From contig NW_003526941.1 in NCBI RefSeq assembly GCF_000181795.1, positions 3,807,348 through 3,871,347 on the forward strand: a stretch of DNA of 64,000 nt. The letters are read 5' to 3'. The translations under genes were made by a program, and so were the position numbers. Below, piece by piece: positions 1 through 15,205 of this stretch. Within the stretch, counting starts at the first letter, position 1, and every line of letters starts with the position of its first letter. The notes under the pieces are model-generated. The model saw only the letters and a list, made by a program, of their open reading frames with translations, did no database searches and was not told the origin of the DNA. Origin of the DNA: Trichinella spiralis (lineage: Eukaryota).

Positions 1-1030
1 GATCACTTTCTTCTATATAATGCTTCGTGCTCATCATTCAGTAAGACGGATCAATTCTGAAGTCGCCGCACTGCACTACACTGTAGCTACACCGCAACGT
101 TATCTGGTCAAGCAAGAAAAGCAACAGCAGACTACTAACAACATGCAAATAACCAACCTATCTGAATATACCACACAGTGTAGATACAGTTCTGGGCGGC
201 TGCTAGCGGAATTGTGTATGATACAAGCACAGGACAATCGAATAGCTAATGTTGACCGCAGTAACCGATACAGCGGTGCCTGATAAAAGTGAACTGCTAT
301 ATAATGGAAAATAACCTACCGCGGAGTAATGGTCTCGGTGCACGATAAAACTGAATTGCTCCGCCGTAAGAAATAACCCAGTCCGCAGTAGTAGGCGTCG
401 TGCATTATGCAAAATTTTTGCGAGAAAGCAAATAACTCCGCCGTGCGGAGTAGTGGACGCGGTGCACGATAAAACTGTATTGCTCCGCAATAGGAAATAA
501 CCCGATGCACCGTATAAACTTGTTGCATTTCTAATAACGCTACAGTAGTACGTGATATGTAGGTATTTATTCTGTAATGCTAATAGCTCGGTGACGGGGG
601 TCTAACAAGGGGGAATCAGCATTCGTTTCCGTTGATGCGGCTAGTGTTTCTGAGTAGAACAGTCGATGATGCTTAATTGACAAAGTACTTAGCTAAAATT
701 GTAGGAAAGCAAGTAGTCAATTTGGTTGTCTCGGCTGTTTGTATGGTCCTGCAGTAGAGGATGGTTATTTTTTGCAAACTATTCGTCCAATGTGTTGCAG
801 TGTTTTTTGTCCATTATGTGAGAGTAATTGTAACAGAGTGCAGTTGTACTGTTCGATCTGCTGATCGTTCGACTGTTGGTCATAGGTGATGTGGTTCTAA
901 TTTTGTTGAGCCTGATGATTTGGCATAGTAATTGTTTGGATAAACGGAGTCGGACTGTTGTTGTACCACATGTAAATGGTTTCCCACAATCTATCGGTAT
1001 CTGAACTTGAATACATCTACTAATTTTTCA
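1..1030. repeat. Left copy of a long inverted repeat (reverse complement of ~51230-52259), truncated by the window start
   Basis: Window start gatcactttcttctatataatgcttcgtgc is the reverse complement of the sequence ending at 52259. The match is near-identical over ~950 bp, and the ORF track shows twin ORFs (316..528- vs 51731..51943+; 203..490- vs 51769..52056+). Weaker similarity continues to ~1125. Confidence 0.95.
275..522. repeat. Degenerate 62-bp minisatellite (~4 units) inside the inverted repeat
   Basis: Units begin ggtgc(c/a)(t/c)gataaaa or cgtgcattatgc at ~275, 337, 399 and 461 and share aaataacc...gcggagtag motifs. The array is mirrored at ~51740-51985. Confidence 0.75.
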
Positions 1031-2843
1031 ACACTTTCGTCGCTGTTTTTTGATTCAGTACATCATCTGTACAATTTGTACAGTGAAGCAGTTGACAGTA
1101 ATTGAAATATATCTATCTGTTTCTTGAATCCGTTATTGTGTAAAAGACTCAAGATGTCCATTTTGGTTTTTTCGCAATCACCTCTGAGCTGCCTGATGTT
1201 GAAGTGTTGCACTGCGCTTGTGTCAGTGGAGGGTTTGCTGTTATTGAAGTCGACAGAAGTTATTATCCAATTGTTCAGCCTTCTCGCATAATTGGGATAG
1301 TGAAAAAGTGCACCAAGTGTTTGGTTTGTGAACGTTTTTGAAGCAAAAAATTATTTTCCCAATATTTTTTGCTTGAAGTGCTTCTGCTGATGTTAGTTGT
1401 TGGTTACAATTTCAGTGCTTGGTCTGTTTGCTGCTGTCAATGCTGATAACAATACTTTTTTTTCTTTTCTTCTTCAAAATCCAGAATTGTTTAGCTTGAT
1501 TTCGTGCTTGATCGTTCCACTACTGCTGCTGCTGCTGCTGCTGCTCTCTTTTTGCTGAATACTTCCCTGCTCCACTATCGTAGTTGTTTTGGTCTTCTTG
1601 AATTTTAATTACTGTTTTTTCTTCACATTGAAAATTGCATTCTTTGTTTCTGTAATTTCGAAATAAGCAACAGAAAAACGAATGGATCATCATAATTGAG
1701 GAAAAAAAAAGAACAGTGCAGACATCTTTCGTTGCGTAGCATCAAAGTTGCGCTTGTTGTGCACATTATATTTTGCATAATAATAGCAAATTTTAGATTT
1801 TCAATGCATTTGTGTGATGGAAGAACAAGTGCCAGTTGAACTTTTCCATTACCGCTGGAGAAGAGGAAGAATTGTCGATTAACAGCATGTGCAATAATAT
1901 TATTGACAAAAAATACAATACGAAGTGGAACTAAGAATTGTTGGACATGTATCTATCTGTCGACAGAGAAGACAATGTGGTTGGTATTGGACTTGTTATT
2001 TTCGCCAGAGTTCCCAATTATCGCTTGGACGGTTCAGAACATACAGTTAAAGTCATCCGATTAAGATTTTGCTTTGCCTGTTCGAAAAGCCCCAGAAGAA
2101 AGCTGGAATATTTGACCAGCAGAAGAACAACATGCAGCATGTGCAGTGGGGTGGTGCTTGAAAAATTAAAAACAAATTTATAAGTGTTACAGAAAATAAA
2201 TAAATCACCAACAGTGTCCATATTTGGGCCAAAGTAAAAGAAAAGTGAAATATTTTCCAATACTGGTGGAGCAGAATGCATTTACGGTGAAATACTACAT
2301 ATACTGTTCCTTCCATCTTGTTATGGTTTTTCTGCAACAAGTCAGAGTGTAAATATTTAAAATAAAAAAAATAAGAAAAATATAAAAAACAAGTGGATGA
2401 CGCTTTGCGTTTGCCATTTTGGACGTGACTTGCCAAGTGGGACCATGTCAATTGTATTCGCATTTTGTACTAGATAATTTCATACTTATTTTAGCAATGC
2501 ACAAAACACAACGTTTTTTCTTTCATGAAAATAATGTGTGCTTGGGTGCGCACAGATGTAAACAGGCAAATATTAATCATCAACTGGACACGAACGCTCT
2601 TCAAACGGAAACAACAATTTTCTGCGTGTTTAGCAGAGATGATGATTTATCGTACCGATCAAATAAATACTACACACACACACACAGACAGACAGGCAGA
2701 CACACAAATATCTGTATGTAAGTATGCATGTGAATGTGAATTCAAGAAAGAAAAAAATTGAAAACGTGTGAAAAAATAAAAATAATAATAAATACTTTTC
2801 CCAACAGATGATTAATTAAACAAAATGTGGATGGATTTCCAGT

Positions 2844-5800
2844 TCACCTGTTCCCATGAGCAGATGCTTGTGCCGCTTGAGCAGTCTGGTCACCGCTGAC
2901 GCCTCCTCTGCTACCGCTTTTCGTTTGAAGTCGATTCAAATCAGTTCTGGTCGTGGTCACGTTTGGATCGCTCAAACGTTTCGAAAGCAGATTTGGACCG
3001 TCGATAAGAGCTTTACGCCGATCTTGGGGTCTGGCTTTCAGCTTAGGACCTCCAAGCAAAGCGCTGAGTCGCAGCGACGCCGCTTCGTTAGCGTCAACAT
3101 GGTTCTCAACAACCGGCCGACCGTGACCGTCGCCCGGATCCGGCCTGTGCAAAGCCGTCAGCAAATTGTCCGATGTGATTTGCTTTTTCAACAGTTTTCC
3201 AGGATGTCTAGTTCGATTCACAGAAGGTGCAGAATTATCTTGCTGCTTGGCACCTCGGATCGGATTAGCATGCGCTGCTGTTTGCTGCTGCTCAACTGCT
3301 GCGACTGAGCTCAGTGCCGCACGACCGCGAGGGTTGTTGTTCACTTTGACAACGTCTGGTTCCGTCGTCGTGGTCAGACTATTTCTGTTGCTCAGCGCAG
3401 GACTGTTTTGAACCTGCGAAGCATCACCACCGCACGGTTGTTCCGCGACCACTTCCACGGGCTGACGGAAAGAGCCCGAAGACAATGTGTGCAATGTACT
3501 CTTATATCGCTGGTCGAATGAGGCCAACGTGGCTGACCGACTCAACCTTGGCGACTTTTCCCGTTCATCTTTCGCTCTGTTTGCCTCAGCTGGATTCAAA
3601 ATCGATGGGGTGACGTACACGTTCAACTCTTTCTTACTTCCAAACTTTACAGACTGCGCCGTCCCCCCATGACCACTGACAACACCACCACCACTGCTAC
3701 CACCGCCAGCAGCACCACTAGCGTCAACACCACTACCACTACCACCACTGGTGATACCAGTGAGACTTTGAATACCTTCTGAATACTGCTGTGCCATGGC
3801 ACTCAAAGCAGCCGCATATTTTGCCGTGATATCCAAATCGGAAGAACTATAATCAGACGTGGCAGTGTCGCTTGTTCCTCCACTGGTCTCTGTGCCTGAT
3901 GCGGCGGGCAATTGCAAATTTTCAACTGCTTGACAACTCGCTCCTGTAAAAAGCAACCACAAATAAGCTGGCTGTGGTGAAAATTTTTAAAAAATGCATT
4001 CAAAAAAGAATCAGAAAAATCATGCAAAGCAGACAATGTTTAAATAAATTTGATGAGATTTAGCTTTTTTAATATGCGTTTGAATTTTTAAATCAATCAG
4101 CAACTGCGCTAAAAATCAGGTAGTGGACATTTTAATGAATCTGATGTAAAAGGGAATGAATAATCATTGAATTTGAACTGTGTTTCAGTAATGATAAGAA
4201 AAGATATTTGCTGAAAAATCATTTCAATAATCGAATCAGCAAAACAGAGCTGAGTAGAACTCGAACATCACCTCCGGTTGTAGGTGGGAAAACAGCAATA
4301 TTAGTTCGTTTTCAAAAAGCTCATTTTCAATTTTTGGTGAATTAATTCAATTTTGAATAAAAAATCAATTAACGTGAACTTTTAATAGATAGAAATAAAT
4401 ATGTTTGAAAACAGAACATTCCCCTTGCCCCTCGCCTCTAATTCTCCTACTTCTGTCTGCTTTATAGAAAATTTTATCATGTTGTACAGAGATGAAAAGA
4501 ATATCAGCACTGAAAAGGAATGGATTTTTACCTGGAACTGATTTCGGAGCCAGCGGTGCTAGGGAATCATTTCTCGAAAATCGCATATCAGTCAGCGACA
4601 TTCGTTCGTCAGCGACAGTCTTTGCTTTGTTTGCTGTATTGTGCGTTGGATGATGATGGTGTTGTTGTTGTTGTTGTTGCTGCTGCTGCTGCTGTTGCAT
4701 TTGCAAGTGCTGCTTCATCGCCGCAGCAGTTTCAATAATACTCTTCTGCAATAAGGATGATGCAGAACCATTCGGTGGTACTTCCATTTCTGCTGGTTGG
4801 GTGCCTTTGGAAGGCAGAGAACATTTTTGTTGAATTGGAATGCCAGAATTTGATGGAATGCCCATAATTCGAGTTTCCAACAACTGCAACCTTGAGACCA
4901 ACGTCTGTACCTGCTCAATCAGCTCCTTGTTGGCTAGCAAAAGCTGTTGTGTTCTACTCTGCGATTCGAGCCTGGCGGTCGTTTCCACAGAAAGTTGGTC
5001 TCGTAATAAATTAACTTGAGCTATAGCGACCTGAAAATGCAGAAAGCAAACCGAATCGAATATTATTCTGCTTGCAATAAAATGAAAAACAAAAAGCGAA
5101 GCCACTGTCTATAAAAAGAAAAAAAATTGCACAAACCTGGGCTTGTTGTTGGGCTTGTTCAAGTTGGGCACGGAGCAGTGTCAAATTGTAATTGTCAACC
5201 GCTCGGCTCAGGGTTGTAACATTCGACGCAGTGGTACTGTTGTTGCTTGAACCAATACCGACGCCAGTTTGATCGCTGACAACGGTGGTAACGGCAGGAG
5301 GTGGTGGAAGTGGACTGGCGATACGATCAGGCGAGAAAAATCCGGCCGGATTGGCGTACAGTTGCTGTACCGGAGGCACGCTGCCACTGTACAGGAATGA
5401 AGGCGGCGAGGAGATGTTGAATGGAAACAGACCGCGCACCGACGGCGTCGGACTGAGTGGACTGAGAAGATCTGCCGATTCACGGCCAAGACTGCTGTAC
5501 TGCGACCAAGCAGCAGCTATTGGCAAAGAGCCGGACCAAGTTTGACTGAAAGGAAACGACGTGCACGGACCATGAATAGTAGTGGTGGTATTGGTGGCGG
5601 CCAGCTGGGGCACAGGCAAGCAGCTTCCGTCAGGCAAAACGTTGGTCATCTGAGCAGGAACTGGATTGCCAACTGCACGATACTGCGGTTGCAAGTTGGG
5701 CAAAGGAGGCAGATTCAGTGGATTGCTGCCAGCGAGAGAAGAGCCAGGCGTTGTTAGAGATGGTGGTTTTTCTCCAGCGTTGCCACCGCCGCTCAGGGTA

Positions 5801-5936
5801 GAACCATGCTTCAAGACACCACCGCTGCTGGCGCTCGAGCCGCTCTGCTCCGTCGTCACGTTCGACTATAACAGAACAACATTATTATAGTAGAAAATGA
5901 AAAAAAACAAAGTTGTAAACAAGTTTGTTGTAAATG

Positions 5937-5997
<61 letters not shown>

Positions 5998-8900
5998 CAT
6001 ACCGATGCTAACGGATTTGCACTGGGAACGGTCGTAGTAGATTCTGCGCAAGCGGAAGTTGTGGTCGGCTGTTGCTGCGGCTGTTTTGGTTTCCCATTGG
6101 ATTGAGCTTTGGATTCCACCATTTTCAATATACCTGACGTTTCCGGCTTATCCTTGTTTTCAAACATGGCAAGCCTGGAAGCCTGCGGTGGCTCGGGAAG
6201 CTCAAATTTCACTAGAAGGCGAAACGTTAGTTATCCGAAAATAATAAATGGAAGAAAGAATGCCAAAGGCGTAGTGTAAAACCTTTGTCTGCGGTCGACT
6301 CAACAGGAGGATGTCGCTCTGATGACGCGCCAACAGCGGCAGCATCTTGACATGCTTCTTCATCCAATTCGTCCATTTCTTCGCATTGTTCCATGTTGAT
6401 CTTGTGGCAGACTTCAAACGCTTGCCCGATTGTTCGCACGATGCGCATCGCTTGACTCTACAACAACAGCAACAACAACATAAAATATAAAGCAATACAA
6501 AATTACCATGTACCTTCTATAATTATATTTTATTTGAATTGCAAGAAAAAAATTATTCATAAAATTGTGTTCAGTGAACAAAATATCCAAAATAAGAAAA
6601 ATTCAAAAATGCGCATCATGCACATCAATTATCAAAAGAAAGAAAGAAAGAAACAAGAAGCTGAAATGAATGAGGAGTGAATTAAAAGGAAGAAAAGGCC
6701 AAGAATAACAACAGCAATAAATAAGAGTTTATGTCAGAAAGAGAATCATTTTCTCAACGATAAATTTTCCAAAAATTAGTAAAATACAAATTACAATGTG
6801 CAACTGTTTGACATGTATGGAAATTTATGATAAACCAGAAAAACAAAAGAACGATACAGAACTTATAATAAATTAATATTTAGATACCAAATGTACTATT
6901 TAAATATTTAAACAAAAAGAAACAATAAATCTTTGAATAATAATTGTTTAAACTCATATGCACAAATTTCAAATGCAATAAACTTTCACTAAAGCATAAT
7001 CGAATACAATATAATTTGCAAAGAGAATTTTTTTAAAAACTAGTTTAATGTTTAAATAATTCTACAAATCAACAAGCAAGAGGATCCGCGTTTGGATTTG
7101 GTGGTTTTCGCTGCTTGTTTTGGGAAAATTTATTACTATTTTTTGGTATATTTTTTGCCTGATCGACTGCAGTAGAAAAAGAGAAAAGTAAGAATATAAG
7201 AGAAAATTAGAGGAAAAGTTTTTCTCCAAACTTTCAAAACTGCGTCAAAAATTGCGTAAAACTGAAGCAAGTGTCAAATAATGACGATGAAAAGTATTTA
7301 AAATACCAATGAATGCGTGTATCAGCTGGCGCAAAGTGGTCGTAAAAATGGAAAACACGCTTCCGCCCTTGGTTGAAAATGACAATTTGACAAAATTGAT
7401 CACATGTTCTCATTCAATGTCAATAATTTCTCTCAATAATAATAATAATAATAATAATAATTTATGATAATCTTTTTTCACAAATCAAATGAAATCAAAT
7501 CAGATGTGCTGAAATAGAAAACTGAAAATCAAACATTACAGTAATCTGTGATGATGAATTTCCATTTGAATAAAAAAATATACTCGCTTTACATTATTGT
7601 TGTTCTTGTTTTCATGCTTTCTTGGAAATTAATTCTTAAAATGCTTTTTCAAACAAGCATACATTGAATAAATTACAATTGGACAAAGTCGAAAAGAACA
7701 AAAATACTTGACAAACACAATCCACAAAAGAGTCAAGTGAAGCAAGTGTCAAATAATGACAATATATCTAAGCACCAATTGACATACTAAATAAAAGCTG
7801 TAAAAGCTGTCTACATTGATGATTTTCATATTTTCCATCGAAATGAATCTCAACTGAAAGAAAGTTTTTCTCAACTTTCCAGGATGATATTAATTAAAAT
7901 AAACGTCACACAATAAATGAACATTTGACAAACATCAATCAATGCAAATGAAAAAAATATTGTAATTTAAAAATGGTTCAATATTCATCCTAGTCAAAAA
8001 AGCTATTAATTTGTAATTAACATAGAAAAAGATAATTAGCTCTGCTCAGTGCAACCATTCCAGACGAGAGTACAAATAAATTTGTCTTTCAATTCTCGAA
8101 TTTCAATAACAAACAATTACATAATCATTTCAAAGCTTAAAAACATCAATATCAGTGATGTAAAATTTATTTATTATACAACATTAAAAACCATTAAACG
8201 GAACACATTTGTCTTAATTTGTAAAAATTACCCACTTATATTGCTCAGAAGAAACCAAAGGACAAGCAAATAATAAACAGATAGGTCACGGTGATTTGTG
8301 GCATTTTCTTCAAGAATCAACAACATTTCATTGCCGAAAATAATTAATTAATTAATTAAATTAATCGAATATATAATTAAACAGAAAAAAAGAAACAAAC
8401 GAATAGATTTACGGGTGAACTTTTTTAGCTCATGTTCGAAAAAAAAATAATTCAAAAGAATAAATTATTGACAACGGTAGAAAAAAATTGAAAAACCAAA
8501 TTAATGGTCAGTCAGTCGATTGCAATTTTCCCGACTTCAAGCATGCATACTACATGTATGAGCAGCGTTTGGAGATAAATGTGATAAAAAAAACAAACAA
8601 ATTGGAATTGCTTGCTCTTCACGACAAAAGAATTGCAAGCAAGCTTTTGGATATTTTCAGGCGAATTGAAAAAGAGTCAATGCAAAAAAAATAAACAACA
8701 ACCATTTGCATACGATTGTGGAGAAAATTTTTTTCTTAAATATTAAATTTTACACACAAAGAAATCAAGTATTGAAGAATTTGTCAAAAACGCAGCTGGT
8801 GGATCAATATCCCCCGCCCCTCGAGTTCCTTGTCAAACTTCAAGAAGCTCTCGCATTTCGCGTCTGACAGCCATAATCAACAATTTGGAAGTTTTTTCTA

Positions 8901-11900
8901 TGAGAAAAACTTACTCTTGCACAAAGCAACGAGCAAAAAACAAAAAGAAAAAAATTATTATTATAATAAGGAAAAAAAACTATAAAAAACATTGATAAGA
9001 ACTTAATAAATGAAAAAAGTGAGATTAAGATTTGAGAAAACAAAAATAATAAATTAAAAATTCTGAAAAGTTGAATTGAGCTGGAAAATATCAAAAATGG
9101 AGTAGAACTGATTGCAAAAATTTCATTATCATTACTGATCGTTAATTTTTCACAGCTGAAATACTACGTCAACAAGATATCCAAAGTTGAAAATGAGCTT
9201 CATGCACTCATCTGATGTGCTATGATTACTACTATACTATTACTGCTAATACTGCTACTACTACTACTACTACTTCTACTTCTACTGACTGCACTCCGCT
9301 CGACTAGAAGAAGAAGAAGATCTGTTGCTTCGCAATAACAACAACGAGCGTCTGTCTGCTTTGCAACAATTTAAAATTAAATTGAACTTGTTTTACAAGC
9401 CATTTAATAATTATTACTCATCCCGTTAAATAATTTCCAATTCAACCCCGCTACTATTATTATTGTTAGATTATTAATTCATCACAACCGCTAGTGGAAT
9501 TCTATTCACTTTGGCCAGCAGAAATCCACACTGCACAAAGATATGATAATAACAAAAATTTGCATAAAGCAAAATACAATTGCAACAAGTGCGGATGAGG
9601 GAAACTGAATAAAAGTTATGCAAAATGAAAATTCCAAAATCAGATTTGAGAAAAAAAACAACAAAGAACAAAGCGAAGTGAAAAAATACAAGCGCTAGCA
9701 GTTGTTTTGGTTGCTGTTGTTGTTGTTGTTGATTCGTGGAAAACTAACACCTCCAAGGTCCTGGGATTCACGCAGTAAACAGCTTGTGAAAGCATGTCCA
9801 AGCGTGTTTCTTTCATTTTTTTTCAAAACGACAACAAAGACAAATTGATCAGCATATTGTAATGCAAATTTTGACCAGATATACACAACTGTTGCGAATC
9901 AATTGTGAGAAAGAAGAATACTGACTGGAGCAAGTGAAAAAAAGAGTGGCAGGAAATTTTGAAAGCAAAAGCAAAAGGCAAAAGCGAAATGCAAAGCAAT
10001 GATGAGCAGAGCAGAGAAAATCACTTTCTAGCAAATTTCACATATTGTTGTCCACATGTCGAATAAAAATAATGAAATCAACATATATTTGAAGATTGTC
10101 TTTAAAAAAATCAATAAGAAGAGTATATTATATTTAGTGTTGTTGTTAATTTCTACGAATGGAGGAGATTTTCCAAGTAATAATAATAGAGCAAAAGCAA
10201 CGAATAATATAGATATATAGATATATATGTATAATATGTGGGATAATTTGTATGAAATGGAAAATTATGAGCAGAAGAGCATACCTCAAGCTCGTGATCG
10301 TCGTCGATCCCATCGAACAAGCGTCTATTGGGAGTGTCGCGGGTCCATTGGATAAATTTCGGACGGCTTATTTGTATTTTTCCCGCGCCGGCGGAAGTTC
10401 GTCTCCTGGACATCAATCGCAGGTAATAAAATCGGCTCGCATCAGTCGTCATTTGGCCAGAGTTATAAATGGATAAATTTTTTTTCTTTTTCTTTTTTTG
10501 TATTATTAATTTTTATTATTAATTTTGATTTTGATTTTTTGAAATTGGCTCGTCAAGCCGGCGCCGGTCAACTTGGCAGTCAATCGCTCTCGGAGGGGCA
10601 GATTGGACTTTGTCGAACGGTAAGACGGATATAGACTAAAATGGGCATGGCATAGAAGTAATTGGGCCAGCAACCGGCGCCGGCCGTTTCGCCGAACGCG
10701 TTGTTCATCTTCTCATTGGCATCCGCAGCCGTTCTGCTTCACGGAAGTTGGTATGCGTCGAATGCGCGCTTGCTTCTTCTTCTTCTTCCCTCTGCACTTT
10801 TCTTCTTCTTCTTGTTCCCTTCACTCGTTCGCTCACTTTCACTCACTCACCAGCTCACGCAGTCATTTCACTCATTCTGCTCCACATACTCTCTCTCTTC
10901 AACAACTAATTCTCTCTTACTCTTAAACACTCCCTCTCTATACCTCTCTCTTTCTCTCCCTCTCTACTCTTTATCTCTCGCTTTCGTTCTTCTTCCATCT
11001 CACTCCTCTCTGCTCTGCAATGCAAAATGTACACTTGCAATTTTAACTTCATGCTTTTCAAGCTGCCTTACGGCTCGCGTCGGCCTAAAGACGGCGCTGC
11101 AAAAGCAAAAGGAAGAAGAGTAAGGTGACACCAGAGGTAGTAGAAGCAATTTCATCACACACACATCTATCCACAAATCCATACATATATATACATGTGC
11201 ACTAATTGGATCTATGACGCCGGCCAGTCGACCGATGGATGAATAACAAAACAGGCAGACTAGTGGGGCGTGGATTATTATTTCTTCTTGGGATGTGCAA
11301 CTAGCTAGTGTCGTGTTGCTTCTGTGCATCTATTTTCTTTGTCACTCACCGATTACTGTTTCATTTTCATTTATTTTATTTTTTTTGCTCGCTTTTGTCA
11401 TTCCATTCACAATCTGCGTCATTTATAGCATTTTTACGTATGCACATACACAAAAGCCATTTTTGAAGACCAATCACAGTGAAAACAGTAGAACAAACAA
11501 ATAACAACAACAATTCACTTGCACAACTATTATATTATTATTTCATTTATGCACTGGTTTAAAAAACAAGCTTCAGTTTTAAAATCACATTTAAACGACA
11601 ATCTCATCATCTTTTGCAAAACATACAATCAAACATCGGACAAAAGGAAACAACCACCCACCGCATGATAGTATTTGTGAAATTTGAAAAGCAATTCATT
11701 TATCATTAAATACATACAACAATAATAACTGTGTTAGGTTTGCAGAAAATTAACTTGAAATTAACGAGACTAGATGAAATACTCCAATCAATCCTACTCA
11801 TCCGTATGGCATACTGTCATTCTACATCGCTAATATATATGAAGATTTTTAAAAAAATAACAATGCCCAATTCAACAATGCATTTGTATTCTCAGAGCAG

Positions 11901-13867
11901 AAATTTTTGATTTTTTTTTCTTCACTGACAATGAATATGTGTAAAATATTTGCCTCAATTTACCTTTATATAACAAACGTAAGACCCAAGCATATTTATC
12001 GATTAATTGATGCTTGGGAAATTAATCGCAAATGGAGGATACCTTTATTCTACAAAATTGAAACCAATTTTCAATTGTCAATGAAGCTACCTACATATTT
12101 TCACATCTGACAGCAACAGAGAAACCAACATCCATCCGTAAATGTTGCTTGCACACGATGATGATGAAAGTGAAGAATAAAATACTACCGCGGAAGAAAG
12201 CAATAAAAATAAATAAATATATATATATATCAAACCACTTTTAAATAAATTCACCAAAATCAACGATGGATTTGAAAAAAATAACTTTGTTTAAATGAAA
12301 ATAAACACAAGATGAATAATTATTGCATTTGAAACAACAGCTGACAAAGAAAACAATAACAGCAGAGCCAAAAAACAAAACAACAAATATAGTAATACCA
12401 CTTCAAATGATTACTTATTAATATTGCTTAATTGAAAAGTGATTTTAAAAAAAAAGAAGAAAACAAGCAATCTATTATTACCTTTTTAGAACACTTGAAG
12501 ACGTTGCACTTGAACGTATTATTTGAACCGTCACGAGCGATGTAGCTGAAGATTTGCAAATCCTGTGAATCGTGCGACACGTAAAATACCCTGAAATACT
12601 TTCACATTGTGCAGATCATATTCACCGTGCAATCACCAAAAATAAATAAATAAAAACAAAATAAAGCATGCTTATTCGAAATGTTGAACCTGCTTTACGT
12701 AGGTAAGATAATCTGTTTAATTTTTAAAAAAATAGAAAAAATCTCACTTATATTTCATACGTAATATATAATATATAAATAAAACGTAAAAATAAGCAAA
12801 AAAGAAAAAAGAAGAAAAATGGCTTTACCTATAAATTGGGTGAAACATGACCAAACATTCACTTTCGTCCCAAACCCCGCGATGCTTCTTAAGAAGAATA
12901 AAAGAAAACAAAAAAACAAAGAAAACGTTAAATATTAATATAAATAAATAAATAAATAATTTGAAATATCAAAATATATAAGAAGAAACAAAAAGTACCT
13001 TTTTCCGCTTACGCATGATCACTTTGATTCCATCGATGGAAATGATCAAGTCGACCTTTTTCTTGCTTATACCGCGAGCTTTAAATTCATACTAAACCAA
13101 CAGAGAAAAACAAAAAATACAAGATGAAAATTGTTGAAAAATAAAATTTACAAATAATAATAATAATTATTATTTTAATATTCATTATAATCATCAATAA
13201 ATAATTCAACTCACCCTAACTCGACGCATGGCCGCAACAATTTCAATTCTGGTAGCAGGTCGAAACATTTCCATGCTTCCTATATACTGAAAATGGGAAG
13301 CATTAATTTAAAAAAATTTCATATGAATAATTTTTCATAAAATAAATAATAACACAATTGAACAAGTGCAACAAAAAGTGACTATTCTGAGTATATTGAA
13401 ATTTCAAAAAAAAAGATTAATGTTCAAAATGCACAATAACATTGAAGAACAGATTGTGACTGATTGATTGATTGATTGATGTTCACAGAGAGCAATGGCA
13501 ATAATAATTAATTCATAAATTACAAGCAAATTTGAATGGATTTTATCATTATCATACAACAGAAACTACATGTTGATCCGTGTAGCATGTACAATTTGCA
13601 TAAGAGAGAATAAACAAAAAAAGAGCTGCATGCAACAAGTTGGTACAATTGAGACTCGTGAGAAGGACAACCTTTCGTGGTGGTGATGATGCTGACGAAA
13701 TACTGTGCTCTAGAACACCAGTTGCAAACTTTTATTCTTCAAATTCATATATCTCAACAAATGGAACAGATTTATTAAACCGAGTGTGCGTACATTTTTT
13801 TTTGTCACAAGTATATTATAAATTCTGCGTTATCTGCTTTCTTCTACTACTACTACTACTACTGCTG

Positions 13868-13899
<32 letters not shown>

Positions 13900-15172
13900 A
13901 ATTGCATAATTCATCAATCAATACATTTCAACTGACGACGCCGAACAACAACGGCAGGTGATGCACTTGATCTGAGTTCCTTAATTGCACGGATAAATCA
14001 ATGATGCTAATCAAATGCTTCGCAATGGAAAAAGAAAAAAAAAGTCTTTTTTCTCTCTTCAATCAGTTTGATGTTACAAGCGTAAAATTAAATCAAATAT
14101 ACAAATGCCCAAAATAGAGATGAATAAAAATAAAAATAATAGAAAACGTCAAAGTAATTACTATTCAAACTTTGTTAGAAGCAATTTGGTCAATCGAATA
14201 CAAACCCAAAATACTACAACTACTGCGAAGCGATTGAACAATATTTTTTAAAAAAAATCAGTTTAATCATCACAAATCAGTGTTAAATTTGACAATACAG
14301 TTGAATTGTTTTTCAAAAAATCATATTCATATTCAAGAACCACCTAAAATGTTGTCCATTTGGCTTTATCAAAGTATAAATTAATTTACATAATGCAGTT
14401 AGTGGAGTTTTTAATTTTCGACGATGAATGTGAATGATGAAAATGAAAAATCGACACAACCAAATGCTATCGAAACACGGTGAATAATTTAAAATGTGAT
14501 TATCGCAAATGCAAATCGTCGTTTGATGTTGAAGTTTTTTTCATTAGTAATTAATTTTCAACGTGGAGAAAAAAATATATTAATTTTTCTCCCAATATCC
14601 GAGAGTTTTTATATTTGTTTCCTATTATAAAGATATTAGCACGAAGAAAATAATTCACAGAGAAAAAGAGGTGATATTGGCGGCAAATAGCGCGCTTCGC
14701 TTTTGCTCAGCTTTTTGCAAGAGTAGCAGCAGCAGCAGCAGAGCTTTATTATTATTCATATTATACTCTTGGCTCTCCAACGGCGTTCGCCTGGCACCAA
14801 TCACTGACATTTTGCACAACACACTCTTTTGCAACTTTCAAACAACTTTCCCAATTAATCATCACCACCTACCTACGCATGAAGCAAATTTGAATTTTTT
14901 TTCTCTCTTCTCCTCTGTTTCCATTTTCTTCTTATTCAATTACACTCATTCAATCTCAATCTTTCTATTTCGATTATATCTTCTTCAATTATTATTTTAA
15001 ATTAATATTAGTAAAATACATTCATCGTTCATTTGCCAATATTTTCCCTTGATCTGTATGTCTTTCACTATTATTATTACTCAAACAAAGGGAAATTTGT
15101 CCAACGGCGGGTATAGTGTAACAATAATGAAAATTACAAGTGTAACAAAAATCATTTTCACAATTGACAATA

Positions 15173-15205
<33 letters not shown>

